Source: Fidelibacterota bacterium
GTDB taxonomy: Bacteria > Fidelibacterota > UBA8477 > JABMPR01
Length of the DNA stretch: 64,000 nt
NCBI GenBank assembly: GCA_034716895.1
Contig: JAYEKW010000062.1
Span: 17,885 to 81,884, forward strand
Reading direction: 5' to 3'
Shown here: one piece after another, positions 1-10,597 of the stretch
How the letters are laid out: each line of letters opens with the position of its first letter
Position numbering within the stretch: the first letter of the stretch is position 1
Translations under genes and position numbers: made by a program
Notes under the pieces: generated by a model
Told to the model about the DNA's origin: nothing
The model's database searches: none
The model's input: the letters and a program-made list of their open reading frames with translations, nothing else

Positions 1-1489
1 TTTTCTCAAGACGGTTGGCGATCTGTATGTCAGAATAGCCCCGCCGCTTGTATTCCAAGATGCTTTCAGTAACCAGTTGAGGAGCAGGGTCGAGAGCAAG
101 TTCCTGGATCTGATACAGAAACCAGGGATCAATCCCGGTGATCTGATGCAAAGTGTCCAGATCTACGCCTTCTTCAAAAGCTTTCCAGATCTTTACTAAA
201 CGGAAAGCCGTAGCAAAGCGCATCTTGTTGAGATCAAGATCACGACCAGCAGTAGTTTTGGGCTCCAGGCCAATCAAGCCGGTTTCCAGAGAGCGAAACG
301 CTTTTTGAAGGCTTTCTTTGAAGGTCCGACCAATTGCCATGACTTCTCCCACCGATTGCATCTGAACACCCAGAATACCGTCGGCAGTGGGGAATTTCTC
401 AAAATCAAAGCGGGGAACTTTGGTTACGATGTAGTCAATGCTGGGTTCGAAAGCAGCCAGGGTCTTTCCGGTGATCTCATTGGGCAGTTCATCCAGATGA
501 TAGCCCACTGCCAGTTTGGCAGCAATCTTTGCAATAGGGAAGCCGGTGGCTTTGGATGCCAGAGCTGAAGAGCGGCTAACTCGCGGATTCATCTCTATGA
601 CGATCATTCTTCCAGAAATAGGATCAACCGCAAACTGAACATTGGAGCCACCTGTCTCAACTCCAATGACTCGCAGACATTGCAACGACCAGTTACGCAT
701 TTTTTGATATTCTTTGTCTGTGAGGGTCATGGCGGGGGCAACGGTAACCGAATCTCCAGTATGCACCCCCATGGGATCAATATTTTCAATGGAACAGACG
801 ATGATGGCGTTGTCGTTTTGGTCACGAACAACCTCCATCTCAAATTCCTTCCAGCCCAGTAATGATTCTTCAATAAGGACTTCCGAGATAGGGCTGGCAG
901 ATAATCCATTTTCTACCATTTCCCGGAATTCTTCATGATTGTAGGCGGTTGCGCCACCGGTGCCTCCCATGGTGAAAGAGGGTCTAATGATAGCTGGGAA
1001 GCCAGTAGTCTCAACAATGCTCAAGGCCGAGGGAACGCTATGGGCAAACCCGCCTTTGGCTGTATCGATACCCACTGTATCCATGATGGACTTGAATTTT
1101 TCCCGATCTTCGGCCTTCTTGATGGCATCCACATCAGCTCCGATGAGTTCGACTTCAAATTGGCTTAGAACCCCCTGCTCATCCAGCTTGATGGCCAGAT
1201 CCAAGGCGGTTTGTCCGCCAACAGTAGGTAGGATGGCATCTGGACGTTCTTTTTTGATGATGGATGCAACGATGGTTGGGGTCAGCGGCTCAAGGTAGGT
1301 GGCATCGGCCAGATCGCGATCCGTCATGATGGTAGCAGGGTTGGAATTCACCAGGATAATGCGATATCCCTCCTCCCGCAGAGCTCGACAAGCCTGGGTC
1401 CCGGAATAATCAAATTCGCAAGCTTGGCCGATCACAATGGGACCCGCCCCCAGGATCATGATCGAACGAAGATCAGTTCTTTTTGGCAT
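1..1489 (-). CDS. carB: Carbamoyl-phosphate synthase large subunit, N-terminal ~496 aa; the gene continues beyond the window start
   Basis: Reverse-strand translation from the ATG (complement of 1487-1489) reads [57 protein letters not shown]..., the canonical CarB ATP-grasp N-terminus. The +strand ORFs in the track at 305-1298 are antisense artefacts. Confidence 0.93.
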   Translation of the reverse strand, partial: MPKRTDLRSIMILGAGPIVIGQACEFDYSGTQACRALREEGYRIILVNSNPATIMTDRDLADATYLEPLTPTIVASIIKKERPDAILPTVGGQTALDLAIKLDEQGVLSQFEVELIGADVDAIKKAEDREKFKSIMDTVGIDTAKGGFAHSVPSALSIVETTGFPAIIRPSFTMGGTGGATAYNHEEFREMVENGLSASPISEVLIEESLLGWKEFEMEVVRDQNDNAIIVCSIENIDPMGVHTGDSVTVAPAMTLTDKEYQKMRNWSLQCLRVIGVETGGSNVQFAVDPISGRMIVIEMNPRVSRSSALASKATGFPIAKIAAKLAVGYHLDELPNEITGKTLAAFEPSIDYIVTKVPRFDFEKFPTADGILGVQMQSVGEVMAIGRTFKESLQKAFRSLETGLIGLEPKTTAGRDLDLNKMRFATAFRLVKIWKAFEEGVDLDTLHQITGIDPWFLYQIQELALDPAPQLVTESILEYKRRGYSDIQIANRLEK

Positions 1490-1603
1490 GGGCATCCATG
1501 AGTCTATTTATTAAACCGCGAATTACGCGAAAATACGCGAAGTGAAAAACAGGAGTAATAGTCTTTCTTAGATATAATTTTGCCAGTCAATGAGAGCCTT
1601 GGC

Positions 1604-2698
1604 TTAATCAAGAGCACCTTTCATCATATCGGTGAATTCTTTGAATAAATAACGGGAGTCATGGGGACCGGGACTGGCTTCCGGGTGATACTGGACCGAG
1701 AAGGCCGGGCTCTGATTACAGCGCACCCCTTCCAGGGTATTGTCATTTAGATTTACATGGGTGATCTCCAGGGTCGCTGGTAGAGAGGTCGGGTCGACGG
1801 CAAAACCATGGTTCTGACTGGTGATCTCAACCTTGTCGTTGAGTTTATTCTTTACCGGATGATTGCCACCACGATGACCGAATTTAAGCTTGTAGGTTTT
1901 TGCCCCCAGAGCCAGAGAGAGGATTTGATGTCCCAGACAGATTCCGAAGATCGGGAGCTTGCCAACCAGATTTGTAACTGTTTCTATGGCATAATCAACG
2001 GGCTCGGGGTCACCCGGACCATTTGAAAGAAAGATACCGTCAGGGTCTAATGCCAGAATATCATCAACTGGAGTATTTGCCGGAACAATGGTGATGTTGC
2101 AATGGTGCTCTGCCAGTTGTCGGAGAATATTGTATTTGATCCCAAAATCCAGGGCAACCACCCGATAGGATTTTGAGGCTGATTCCCCAGGCCAACTCCA
2201 GATACTTGAACACGTTACCTGTTTGACCAGATCTTGACCCGTCATGGGTGGAATCTGATCCAATTTTGCTTGCAGCGCCTGGTGGTCAAGAGACTCACTG
2301 CTGATGATTGCGTTCATGGCTCCCTCATTCCGCAGAATACGTGTTAAGGCACGTGTATCAATTCCCTGGATTCCCACGATCCCAGCCTGGTCTAGATATT
2401 CAGCTAAACTTTGGGTGGATCGGTAATTGGATGGAATAGGGCTGGCATCCTTAACAATAAAACCCTGGACCTGGATCCGGGCACTTTCAATATCTTCAGG
2501 GTTTACCCCGTAATTTCCAATTTGAGGGCTGGTCATGGTCACCATTTGACCACGGTAGGATGGATCCGTCAGGATCTCCTGGTAGCCGGTCATGCTGGTA
2601 TTAAAGCAAACCTCTCCACCGGTGGTGCCGGTAGCGCCAAAAGAAAATCCTTTAAAGTGGAGTCCGTTTTCCAGAAGCAGGATGGCGGGTGTTTTCAT
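1604..2698 (-). CDS. carA: Carbamoyl-phosphate synthase small subunit (glutamine amidotransferase)
   Basis: 364 aa. Has the CarA N-domain (MTGYQEILTDPSYRGQ) and a class-I GATase C-domain (GICLGHQ, HPEASPGPHD). Sits immediately upstream of carB on the same strand. Confidence 0.93.
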   Translation of the reverse strand: MKTPAILLLENGLHFKGFSFGATGTTGGEVCFNTSMTGYQEILTDPSYRGQMVTMTSPQIGNYGVNPEDIESARIQVQGFIVKDASPIPSNYRSTQSLAEYLDQAGIVGIQGIDTRALTRILRNEGAMNAIISSESLDHQALQAKLDQIPPMTGQDLVKQVTCSSIWSWPGESASKSYRVVALDFGIKYNILRQLAEHHCNITIVPANTPVDDILALDPDGIFLSNGPGDPEPVDYAIETVTNLVGKLPIFGICLGHQILSLALGAKTYKLKFGHRGGNHPVKNKLNDKVEITSQNHGFAVDPTSLPATLEITHVNLNDNTLEGVRCNQSPAFSVQYHPEASPGPHDSRYLFKEFTDMMKGALD

Positions 2699-2820
2699 TA
2701 AAGCCTAATGTCAACTTTAATGAGGGATGTGCAACCTCAAAATCAGTTATTAAAAAAATAGTAACCGCCAATTTCGCCAATTTCACAAATTGTTTTACAT
2801 GCAAATCACCTTAATTCCAT

Positions 2821-2960
2821 GGGATGGTCCTCTCCTCGGGGGGGTAGCCCTTAGGGCTGGAGGGGGTTCCTGGACGGATCCGAAATCTCATGAGTGATAA
2901 CAAAGCCAAATGCATGGAAGAACCCCTCCTTAATCCAGAAGGGCCGGCCCTGTCTTTCCC
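2821..2960. other. GC-rich structured element of unknown function in the carA 5' intergenic region; candidate small RNA, leader or repeat
   Basis: Several G/C runs can pair, e.g. ggagggggttcc (2866-2877) with ggaagaacccctcc (2917-2930). It lies in an otherwise AT-rich spacer and shares the cctc(t/c)cctcggggg motif with the hairpin at 47503-47540. Confidence 0.25.
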
Positions 2961-3059
2961 GGGGGAGGGAATATTCATGCCTGAAAAACTTTAGCTGCTT
3001 TCTTCAACGATTAACAAAAAAGCTGGATTAATGATAAATATTATCCTTTATTATCGTAG

Positions 3060-3485
3060 ATGAAAATAAGGGTTATGATGTCAATATTTAGCAACAGAAT
3101 GAACCGTGAAGCAGAAACCATCAAGGTCATGGTTGGAATCTATTGTGGTCATCACCATCAGTTGAAAGTCTCTGATTGTGAAACGTGTTCGGTGATTCAA
3201 AACTACGCCCTGGACCGACTCCATTTCTGTCCTTATCAGGAAGGTAAGACTTCGTGTAAAAACTGTCCGATCCATTGTTATAAACCCGCTATGAAAGATG
3301 AAGTTAAAAAGGTGATGCGGTTTGCTGGCCCAAGAATGGCCTTAAGGCACCCCATTCTCACAATATTTCATTTTATTGATGATCGTCGCAAGGAGCCTGT
3401 CGTAGCCCCTAAAAAGAGTAGAACTATCGGTGTAGATGAGGATTGCGACGTCTGTCCTGGTCCACTTAATTCATCTGCTTCTTAG
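3060..3485 (+). CDS. YgbA-like 'nitrous oxide-stimulated promoter' family protein (small Cys/His-rich protein)
   Basis: Has REAETIKVMVGIYCGHHH...CETC...CPYQEGKTSCKNCPIHCYKP, which resembles the YgbA_NO family. The true start may be an internal Met near 3075. Confidence 0.55.
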   Translation: MKIRVMMSIFSNRMNREAETIKVMVGIYCGHHHQLKVSDCETCSVIQNYALDRLHFCPYQEGKTSCKNCPIHCYKPAMKDEVKKVMRFAGPRMALRHPILTIFHFIDDRRKEPVVAPKKSRTIGVDEDCDVCPGPLNSSAS

Positions 3486-3774
3486 CAGAACCCAGCATCA
3501 CATAACCCTTTGCAAATGGTCACGGTTTTGTGAGTTTCCGCACATAACTCGGTTAATTCGTTGATTACTTTTCGTTTACCACCCCTGCTTATTGTGAGCA
3601 AACCTACTGGGGTTATACCATTTTCAGTTCGATCTGTCTGGTAGAGTTGTCATTGCCAGTCCCTTTGGGACGTAGCAATCTCCAGAATTATGGTAGGCTT
3701 CAGAGTTCGCCGCGCGTTGCTCGCGAAGACGAATACCGCGCATATTGAACTGTAATTGGGGTTAGACCTTGGAA

Positions 3775-5070
3775 TCATTGATCCCCTGCAGCGTGTTTAA
3801 TATGAATATCGTGTTGGGGAAACGGAATTTCGATATTGTTGGACTTTAGAGTATCCCAAATTTTAAAAAGGACTTCACTTTTAATGTTTCCAATGCCATT
3901 CTTGGGGTCACGAATCCAGATGCTCAAGGCAAAATCAATAGAACTATCTCCAAACCCAGTGAGTAAACACAGCGGTGGAGGGGTCTTTATGATTCGCGGC
4001 ATTCCCTTAATGGCCTGAAGCACCAATTTAGCAACCTGGTGAGGATCGGAACTATAGGCAACTCCGAAAGGGATTTTTAGACGAATACGTGTATTTGAGT
4101 AAGACCAGTTGATCACCTGTTGCGTGATCAGGTCTTCATTTGGTATGAGATGTTCATGGCCATCCCGGGTATCCACACTGATGTAACGGGCTTTCATGCG
4201 TGTAACCCAGCCATAGACATTCCCGATTTGGATGACATCACCCGGTTTTATTGAATGATCACTAAGCAAAATGATCCCGCTCAATAAATTTGAAGCCACC
4301 TTTTGTAATCCAAATCCGATACCAACCCCCAGCGCACCTCCAAATACGGTAAGAGCAGTAAAATTAACGCCAATGCTATTGAGTACTACCACGCCAATGC
4401 TAAAATAGACTACGCCACTAACAGTCTTGCTGATCAGAACTGAAGCCGAGGGGGTGAGACCAGGAATCTTCCCGATTTGTTTGCTTAGATACTTGCTGAA
4501 CCAGCTCCCTGCACGTAAAGCGACCAGCAAAAATAGACCCGCCTTAACCATGGATAAAATAGTTATTCGGATTGTACCGAATGTGAATCCCATTTGGTCT
4601 AGAAAGTTCAGCATGGGTTCCAGTACATCAAGAATGCTCAAAGCTGCTATAATCCATGCGGCAATAGAGACAGTGAGCGCCCAAAAATGATCCAACACAA
4701 CAGAGGTGACCAGCTTAATGGTTATCCACACAACAAGGAGAGTTAGTACCAGATTTATTAGTATGGGCGTCGTCCCAAACTCACTATAAATGAGGCTGGA
4801 GATTCCCAGGAGTACTGTCAGATGAGTTGCTGTGACCTGTTCAACCAGAGCATTGAGGAAATTGGTGAATAATTGTTGGGATGGAGGAATATTTTTGGTC
4901 TTGTCCAGGAAGAGGGGGCGCACCTGTCGGCTAATCAGGATACTTGCACCCAGAAGAATGAAAATTATGAATAGTTGAACCAGATTTTGTATGATGAACA
5001 CATTGTCTATAAACCAGGTTTTCCAAATATGAAACAGGTTGACTAACGTTTGAGAATCAAATTTTGGCAT
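3775..5070 (-). CDS. Mechanosensitive ion channel, MscS family
   Basis: 431 aa with multiple N-terminal TM helices and the MscS core PGDVIQIGNVYGWVTRMKARYISVDTRDGHEHLIPNEDLITQQVINWS. Confidence 0.85.
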   Translation of the reverse strand: MPKFDSQTLVNLFHIWKTWFIDNVFIIQNLVQLFIIFILLGASILISRQVRPLFLDKTKNIPPSQQLFTNFLNALVEQVTATHLTVLLGISSLIYSEFGTTPILINLVLTLLVVWITIKLVTSVVLDHFWALTVSIAAWIIAALSILDVLEPMLNFLDQMGFTFGTIRITILSMVKAGLFLLVALRAGSWFSKYLSKQIGKIPGLTPSASVLISKTVSGVVYFSIGVVVLNSIGVNFTALTVFGGALGVGIGFGLQKVASNLLSGIILLSDHSIKPGDVIQIGNVYGWVTRMKARYISVDTRDGHEHLIPNEDLITQQVINWSYSNTRIRLKIPFGVAYSSDPHQVAKLVLQAIKGMPRIIKTPPPLCLLTGFGDSSIDFALSIWIRDPKNGIGNIKSEVLFKIWDTLKSNNIEIPFPQHDIHIKHAAGDQ

Positions 5071-5469
5071 GATGTGAATAACTCAAATTTCAGGTTGGGT
5101 TTTAATTTCTTCGACTGCTTCACGGTGGGCTATTTCTCCGTGAAGCCCCTTTATCCGTTGATCCAGTTCACTGGACAAGCCGGTGATCGTCAAGGCGATG
5201 GCAGCAACCCGGGTCACCACTAATGAAAGTGTTCTGATGAGTAGAAGAGATAGGATTGAGATCATTGCGTGAGACTTAATTCCTTAATAATCAATAATAT
5301 GTACCGCTTAAGGCAGAGATTGAAATCTTATTTATCCTGTAGATATTTCACTGCCACCCAACGGACTACAAGATTACAATATACGCTACTAGATATTGAT
5401 ATTGAAGGTATTAAAAGTATTTATTATGAAATAATTGAATGTGTCTTTTAAGCAATAGGGAATTGTCAG

Positions 5470-7899
5470 ATGAGTGAACAAGAGCAGAAAGGTTTTGGTA
5501 CTTTTGGGGGCGTTTTTGTACCCAATATTTTAACGATTCTAGGTGTGATCATGTACCTACGGATGGGCTGGGTCGTTGGTAATGCCGGCTTATTCAACAC
5601 CATTATTATTATGCTTATTGCCCAGAGTATCACTTTATTCACGGCCCTTTCCATGAGTGCCATCGCCACCAACATGAAAGTTAAAGGCGGGGGTGCTTAC
5701 TTCATGATCTCTCGCTCGTTTGGCGCTGAGGCTGGTGGAGGGGTTGGAATTCCGCTCTACATTGCTCAAACAATTGGTATTGGGCTCTACATTGTTGGTT
5801 TTTCTGAATCCGTTATTTCCCTGTATCCAGATGCGAATCAACTTTTTGTGGGTATCCTTGCCCTTGTCATTCTCACTTCGATTGCATTGGTTAGTTCTAA
5901 TATTGTGGTCAAGATCCAATATGTCATATTTGGGGTCGTCATTTTATCCATCATATCCTTCTTCTCTGGTAAATCACCTGATCTGACAACGGTTTCCCTG
6001 GCTTCTAATTATGGAACAGGATATGGGTTCTGGGCTGTATTTGCTGTATTCTTTCCTGCGGTAACGGGCATTTTGTCAGGGGTGAGCATGAGTGGTGATC
6101 TCAAGAATCCCCAAAGAAGCATCCCGACCGGAACCTTATTAGCAGTGGGAGTGGGTTCAGTCATCTACCTGGCAATTGCTATTTGGCTTTCAGCTACTGC
6201 TTCCCCCTCTGAGCTGACCTCAAACAACGCTATTATGATCCAGCTTTCTCGTTGGAGTCCGCTGATCTATGCAGGTATCTGGGGCGCCACCCTTTCTTCT
6301 GCTATAGCAAACTTATTGGCCGCACCTCGTACCATGCAGGCCCTTTCCAGTGATGGGATTCTCTTAAAAATTCTCAAAAAGGGTCGAGGAGAAATGAATG
6401 AACCGGTCATAGCCACACTCATCACTTTTGTTTTTGCCGCAGGGGTGATTGCGATTGGTGATTTGAATGCAATCGCTCCTATTCTGACCATGTTCTTTTT
6501 GATTACTTATGGTTCTATTAACCTGATTTCCTTTATCGAGGGTTTGATCGATCGTCCCAGCTATCGGCCAACATTTAAGATTCATTGGGCATTTTCATTT
6601 ATGGGAGCCCTGGGAACGATTGCCGTTATGTTTATCATTAATGTGTGGGCATGTATCCTGGGCTTTGGCTTCGTTCTGGCTCTTTATATTATGATTAAAA
6701 AATCTCAGATGAAAAAGAATTGGGGAGATGTCCGGCGAGGGATCTGGAGTTCGGTTATCCAGTTTTCATTAAAGCAGCTGGATAATCATCTCGAACATCC
6801 CCAAAACTGGCGACCTAATATTCTACTCTTTTCAAAGAATAACGCTGCGAGGAGACAACTTGCTCATGTTGCTAATTCCTTGGCTAAACGCCGAGGGTTT
6901 ATAACCTTTATTAATTTATTGGAACAGGATCAGGAAGATATCAGCGATGCTGCTGAAGAGATGAAAGCTTTCAAGAAATTTCTTAAAGAAGAGGAAATAT
7001 CAGGTTTTGCCAATGTTGCCATAACCGACAATATGTTGATGGGACAATTAATGTCCGCTCAGGTTCACGGCATTGGACAATATAAACAAAACACGATCAT
7101 GCTGGAGTGGAGTGACACTGGTAGTAAATGGATGCTGTTCCAGAACAATGAAATGCGCCAGCTCTTTAAGTTATTGCGATTATATCGGAAATTAAATATG
7201 AGCCTCCTGTTTCTCTCCATCAGCAAGCGGTATACGATGATGAATAAGAAGCATCTGGTTATCTGGTGGGATCCAACTCAGGATAATGGGAGTTTTAGTT
7301 TATTACTGGCTCATCTCCTGGCCACCAGTGATGAATGGGAAGATGCTGAGATTCATTTGAAGTCAGTCGTGCTGAGGGACAAGGTACAGGAAACGCGCTT
7401 ATTGCTGGAAGAACTGGTTGAAAAATCACGGATTGAGGCCAGCATAGATGTCTACTATCCTGATCCTGAATTGATTGGGAGGATAGAGCACCAATCAGAC
7501 CTTGTAGACAAACTGACAGGAAAGGATGGCCTCTTGAAAATAAAAGATGCTATCAAATCAGCTTTTGTTTCAAACGATGATCAGGAGTATGCCAACGATG
7601 AGGACCTGGAACAGCAAGGTGAAGAGCTTGGTGAGCTTGATGAGGAGTCAGAAGAAGAAACTGAAATTAAACAACGAATTTCCGACCAGATCAATACCAC
7701 AGATGAGGAGTTACTCGATAGAACCATTAAGGATATTATTGTTAAAGAATCTGCGAATAGCGATTTGGTTATACTTGGGTTCAATTTACCTGATCAAGGT
7801 GGGGAAGTGGCCTATATTCGCAAGATGAATACGCTCCTTGAAGAATTACCAACTACGCTGCTGGTCAATAGTCCCTTTGATGTGGACTTGTTTGGATAG
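5470..7899 (+). CDS. Bacterial cation-chloride cotransporter (SLC12/CCC family, APC superfamily) with a large cytoplasmic C-terminal domain
   Basis: 809 aa. The N-terminus FGTFGGVFVPNILTILGVIMYLRMGWVVGNAGL matches the SLC12 signature. About 12 TM segments are followed by a ~370-aa soluble domain ending in a strongly acidic stretch (DEDLEQQGEELGELDEESEEETE). Confidence 0.8.
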   Translation: MSEQEQKGFGTFGGVFVPNILTILGVIMYLRMGWVVGNAGLFNTIIIMLIAQSITLFTALSMSAIATNMKVKGGGAYFMISRSFGAEAGGGVGIPLYIAQTIGIGLYIVGFSESVISLYPDANQLFVGILALVILTSIALVSSNIVVKIQYVIFGVVILSIISFFSGKSPDLTTVSLASNYGTGYGFWAVFAVFFPAVTGILSGVSMSGDLKNPQRSIPTGTLLAVGVGSVIYLAIAIWLSATASPSELTSNNAIMIQLSRWSPLIYAGIWGATLSSAIANLLAAPRTMQALSSDGILLKILKKGRGEMNEPVIATLITFVFAAGVIAIGDLNAIAPILTMFFLITYGSINLISFIEGLIDRPSYRPTFKIHWAFSFMGALGTIAVMFIINVWACILGFGFVLALYIMIKKSQMKKNWGDVRRGIWSSVIQFSLKQLDNHLEHPQNWRPNILLFSKNNAARRQLAHVANSLAKRRGFITFINLLEQDQEDISDAAEEMKAFKKFLKEEEISGFANVAITDNMLMGQLMSAQVHGIGQYKQNTIMLEWSDTGSKWMLFQNNEMRQLFKLLRLYRKLNMSLLFLSISKRYTMMNKKHLVIWWDPTQDNGSFSLLLAHLLATSDEWEDAEIHLKSVVLRDKVQETRLLLEELVEKSRIEASIDVYYPDPELIGRIEHQSDLVDKLTGKDGLLKIKDAIKSAFVSNDDQEYANDEDLEQQGEELGELDEESEEETEIKQRISDQINTTDEELLDRTIKDIIVKESANSDLVILGFNLPDQGGEVAYIRKMNTLLEELPTTLLVNSPFDVDLFG

Positions 7900-7970
7900 G
7901 TTGGTATAAAAAGGGTTGACCATTCGATCAACCCTTTTTTGTTGCTGAAAGCAATCAAGCCTGACAACTA

Positions 7971-8336
7971 TCAAGGTAGCTTGGATGGAAATATCCAGCT
8001 TCTAGCGGCCTCAACATTTTCAGGTTCAAAGTGTTGAATTTCTACTTCAAGAAATCGGTTGAATAAGTTCAATATTATTTCGTTAAAGCTGGAATCCGAT
8101 ACAATGGCCAGACGCTTTAAGTGGGTACTGTATTTCTTATAAAAGTCATAGTTAGTCAGCATAATTTTTAGAGCATAGGATTCTAAAGTCTGAGCATCAA
8201 ATAATACATGAATAGCATAATTCTGGGTGCATAATGACTCTAGTTGGTGGATGACCTGGATGAACTCATCATCAGTGATGGTACCACTTAATTGAAATTC
8301 AATTTTGCCAGTATCCTGCCATATGACTTGGTACAT
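7971..8336 (-). CDS. SpoIIAA/STAS-like small protein (DUF3478-like)
   Basis: 121 aa. Pattern W..GKIEFQLSGTITDDEF...LAIVSD...VEIQHFEPENVEAARSWI resembles SpoIIAA-like DUF3478 proteins. A paralog lies at 25875-26249. Confidence 0.5.
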   Translation of the reverse strand: MYQVIWQDTGKIEFQLSGTITDDEFIQVIHQLESLCTQNYAIHVLFDAQTLESYALKIMLTNYDFYKKYSTHLKRLAIVSDSSFNEIILNLFNRFLEVEIQHFEPENVEAARSWIFPSKLP

Positions 8337-8343
8337 ACATGAC

Positions 8344-8742
8344 CTACTTTACGATGAATGACTTTGTGGCAAGTGCATCACCATCTTCATTAATAATTCT
8401 GACCTTCCAGGCACCGCGAAGCTCACTATTCACCTTTTTACTGGTCCATGTACGCCACTTGCCAGACTTTTTAATGTTCAGCTCTTTGCGGAACACTTCT
8501 TCGCCTTCATATTTCCAGACATGAGTAATGTGTCTGCTAGTGTCCCCATTTGCGAAGGTAGTATGGCAGTAAAGCTTTTCTGCTGAAGCACTGAATACTG
8601 TATCTACACCCACAGCTTCTCGCTCAATCACATCCGTACAGATAGAGACTTTCAATACTTCAATTCCTTTTTCGGTCTGGGCGCTTACACTGATAGCAAG
8701 CACTCCAATTAAAACAATAAAGACGAATAGCGTTTTTTTCAT
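8344..8742 (-). CDS. Secreted hypothetical protein (DUF2914-like)
   Basis: 132 aa. Has a signal peptide (MKKTLFVFIVLIGVLAISVSAQ) and a Cys pair. No catalytic motif recognised. Confidence 0.5.
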   Translation of the reverse strand: MKKTLFVFIVLIGVLAISVSAQTEKGIEVLKVSICTDVIEREAVGVDTVFSASAEKLYCHTTFANGDTSRHITHVWKYEGEEVFRKELNIKKSGKWRTWTSKKVNSELRGAWKVRIINEDGDALATKSFIVK

Positions 8743-8921
8743 GTTGTTCCTTCTCTCTGTCCCTTGATTTGGACCTGGTTAATTTGTATTATCTAACGGT
8801 AATACTGCATTATGAGTAAAAAAACAAGGATAATGTATCAAAGCAGTACCGAAATAAATGACAGATTATTTCTTAAATTGGTCGATTGGAAACAAAATTA
8901 TCATTCAAGGAAAGTGAAAGC

Positions 8922-9314
8922 ATGAGGAAAAGAAAATACTCTCCTGACAAAATGGCAAAAATATTTGCCGATAGAAGTCCTGAATTATCTGTGCGAAAAG
9001 TTGCCGAACTGCATGGAATAAGTGAATCGACTTATTACCGATGGAAAAGAGATTACAGCAACATAAATGACTGTGGTGATCAACTTGTCAAACAAAAAGT
9101 AGAGTTGAAGTCCCAGCAAAAATCCATTGCTTTGCTATCCCTTGATAAAGCGATGCTACTGGATATCCTACAGGGTCTACAGATCAAACCTGGGCAGAAG
9201 CGTGTTCTCGTGGATTATTTGCGAAAAACTTATATGGTAAGTGAGCGTAGAGCTTGCAAGCTGCTTCAGCTTAGCAGAACCAGTTATCGATATCTGGGTA
9301 AAAAACCGAAGTAG
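8922..9314 (+). mobile_element. IS3-family transposase remnant: OrfA HTH fused in-frame to the first ~25 residues of OrfB, with the DDE core missing
   Basis: MRKRKYSPDKMAKIF...GISESTYYRWKRDY...leucine zipper...SERRACKLLQLSRTSYRYLGKKPK then a stop. The RRAC..L..SRS.YYY motif is the start of the IS3 OrfB integrase, which is absent. The ORF in the track starts at 8886, but Met-13 is the likely start. Confidence 0.7.
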
Positions 9315-9316
9315 AA

Positions 9317-10210
9317 TCAATCATTAAACCTGGTTTTTTTCAGCATGACCCCATTTTCCCCAATGCGGGTCCATAAACCAACTTTTTTTCCAGCCTTATA
9401 TGCTCCTGCGACTTTAGGTGAACCATTTTCCCACCAAGTGCTATAAAACCCTACTATGTTACCCATTCGATAGGCTTTTTCTTCCTTTATTTTGCCGCTG
9501 GGATACCAGGTTTTCCAGGCACCATCGAGCTTGCCAGCTATATAGGCGCATATTTTTTTCTTCTGTCCATTCTTGTACCAGTAGGTTTGGACTCCCTGTA
9601 AGATTCCATTCTTATAGCTGGTCCGCGATACTTCACATCCCTCAGAAGTCCACTCTTTCCAGATCCCTTCTTTTTTTCCGTGCAAGAAATTTCCGGCCAT
9701 TCTTTCCCTGCCATTATCATGATAAGTTATCCAAGAGCCACTTTTTAGCCCCTCAGAGTAGCTCGAGGTAGAGGATCTCTGAATACTTATTTGCCAGCTT
9801 GTCCAGATGCTGTCCTTTTTACCGAATCTGAAAAACCCATTTTCCGTAATTGAACCACCCTCTCCGAAGTAAATCCACTCCCCATGTTTGAGATTTTCTT
9901 TAAACTTCCCCTTTTTTTTCACTAATGTGCTATTCGCATGGTAGTATGTCCAAACCCCGTCTTTTTCTCCCGCCAGAATGTAGCCATCAAACTTCTTGTG
10001 ATGCTCTGTAAGGTTTTCTACGGACCCACTGTATGGAGTATCAGAACCCTGAACGAAAAATAATTTGTTTCTGATTTCCAGGCTGTCATACTGAGCTATT
10101 TCTTTTGCCTGTAAAGGAAAACTAAGTAGCAATAAAATTAAAGTGATATTTATAATCAAGATCGTTTCCAGTTTTTTAAAAATTAAATACTCATTCCAAT
10201 ACATGCTCAC
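9317..10210 (-). CDS. MORN-repeat protein (YwqK-like)
   Basis: 297 aa. N-terminal signal/TM followed by tandem G.W..W..nG..k..G.Y..Gk..G.W repeats. Confidence 0.75.
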   Translation of the reverse strand: MSMYWNEYLIFKKLETILIINITLILLLLSFPLQAKEIAQYDSLEIRNKLFFVQGSDTPYSGSVENLTEHHKKFDGYILAGEKDGVWTYYHANSTLVKKKGKFKENLKHGEWIYFGEGGSITENGFFRFGKKDSIWTSWQISIQRSSTSSYSEGLKSGSWITYHDNGRERMAGNFLHGKKEGIWKEWTSEGCEVSRTSYKNGILQGVQTYWYKNGQKKKICAYIAGKLDGAWKTWYPSGKIKEEKAYRMGNIVGFYSTWWENGSPKVAGAYKAGKKVGLWTRIGENGVMLKKTRFND

Positions 10211-10597
10211 GGAGCTCGGACAATTATTCCAGAATTAACCAAGGAAGATTGTCTTGCTAGATTCAGAAGCTCGAACAATCAAGCCATTGAAAATTAATTA
10301 TATCCACCATTATTTATGACAGTAATATTATTAAATATTGGTATCATCGAAAAACATAACCCTGCAGCAAGGTAAGCCAAAGAAGTAATTAGGCCAGACC
10401 TGGTAATAATTATGTGCCAGTGTTTGCTTTCAACGAGTAAGCTTAAGAATTATAGATTATGGCATATAAAATGGTACCGAATTGGTATAAAATGTGCATT
10501 TTATACAAGGGACGTACTTTTAGCTGGACAACTTGATGAAATAATCTTGAGTTGCCATTGAAGAAAAAATATTTGGACTGTTTAGGACGGAGAGAAA

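Noticed and set aside
305-1298. Several +strand ORFs (87-112 aa) in the ORF track
   Set aside because: They lie antisense inside the clearly recognisable carB reading frame on the minus strand and have no protein-like composition. They are shadow ORFs.
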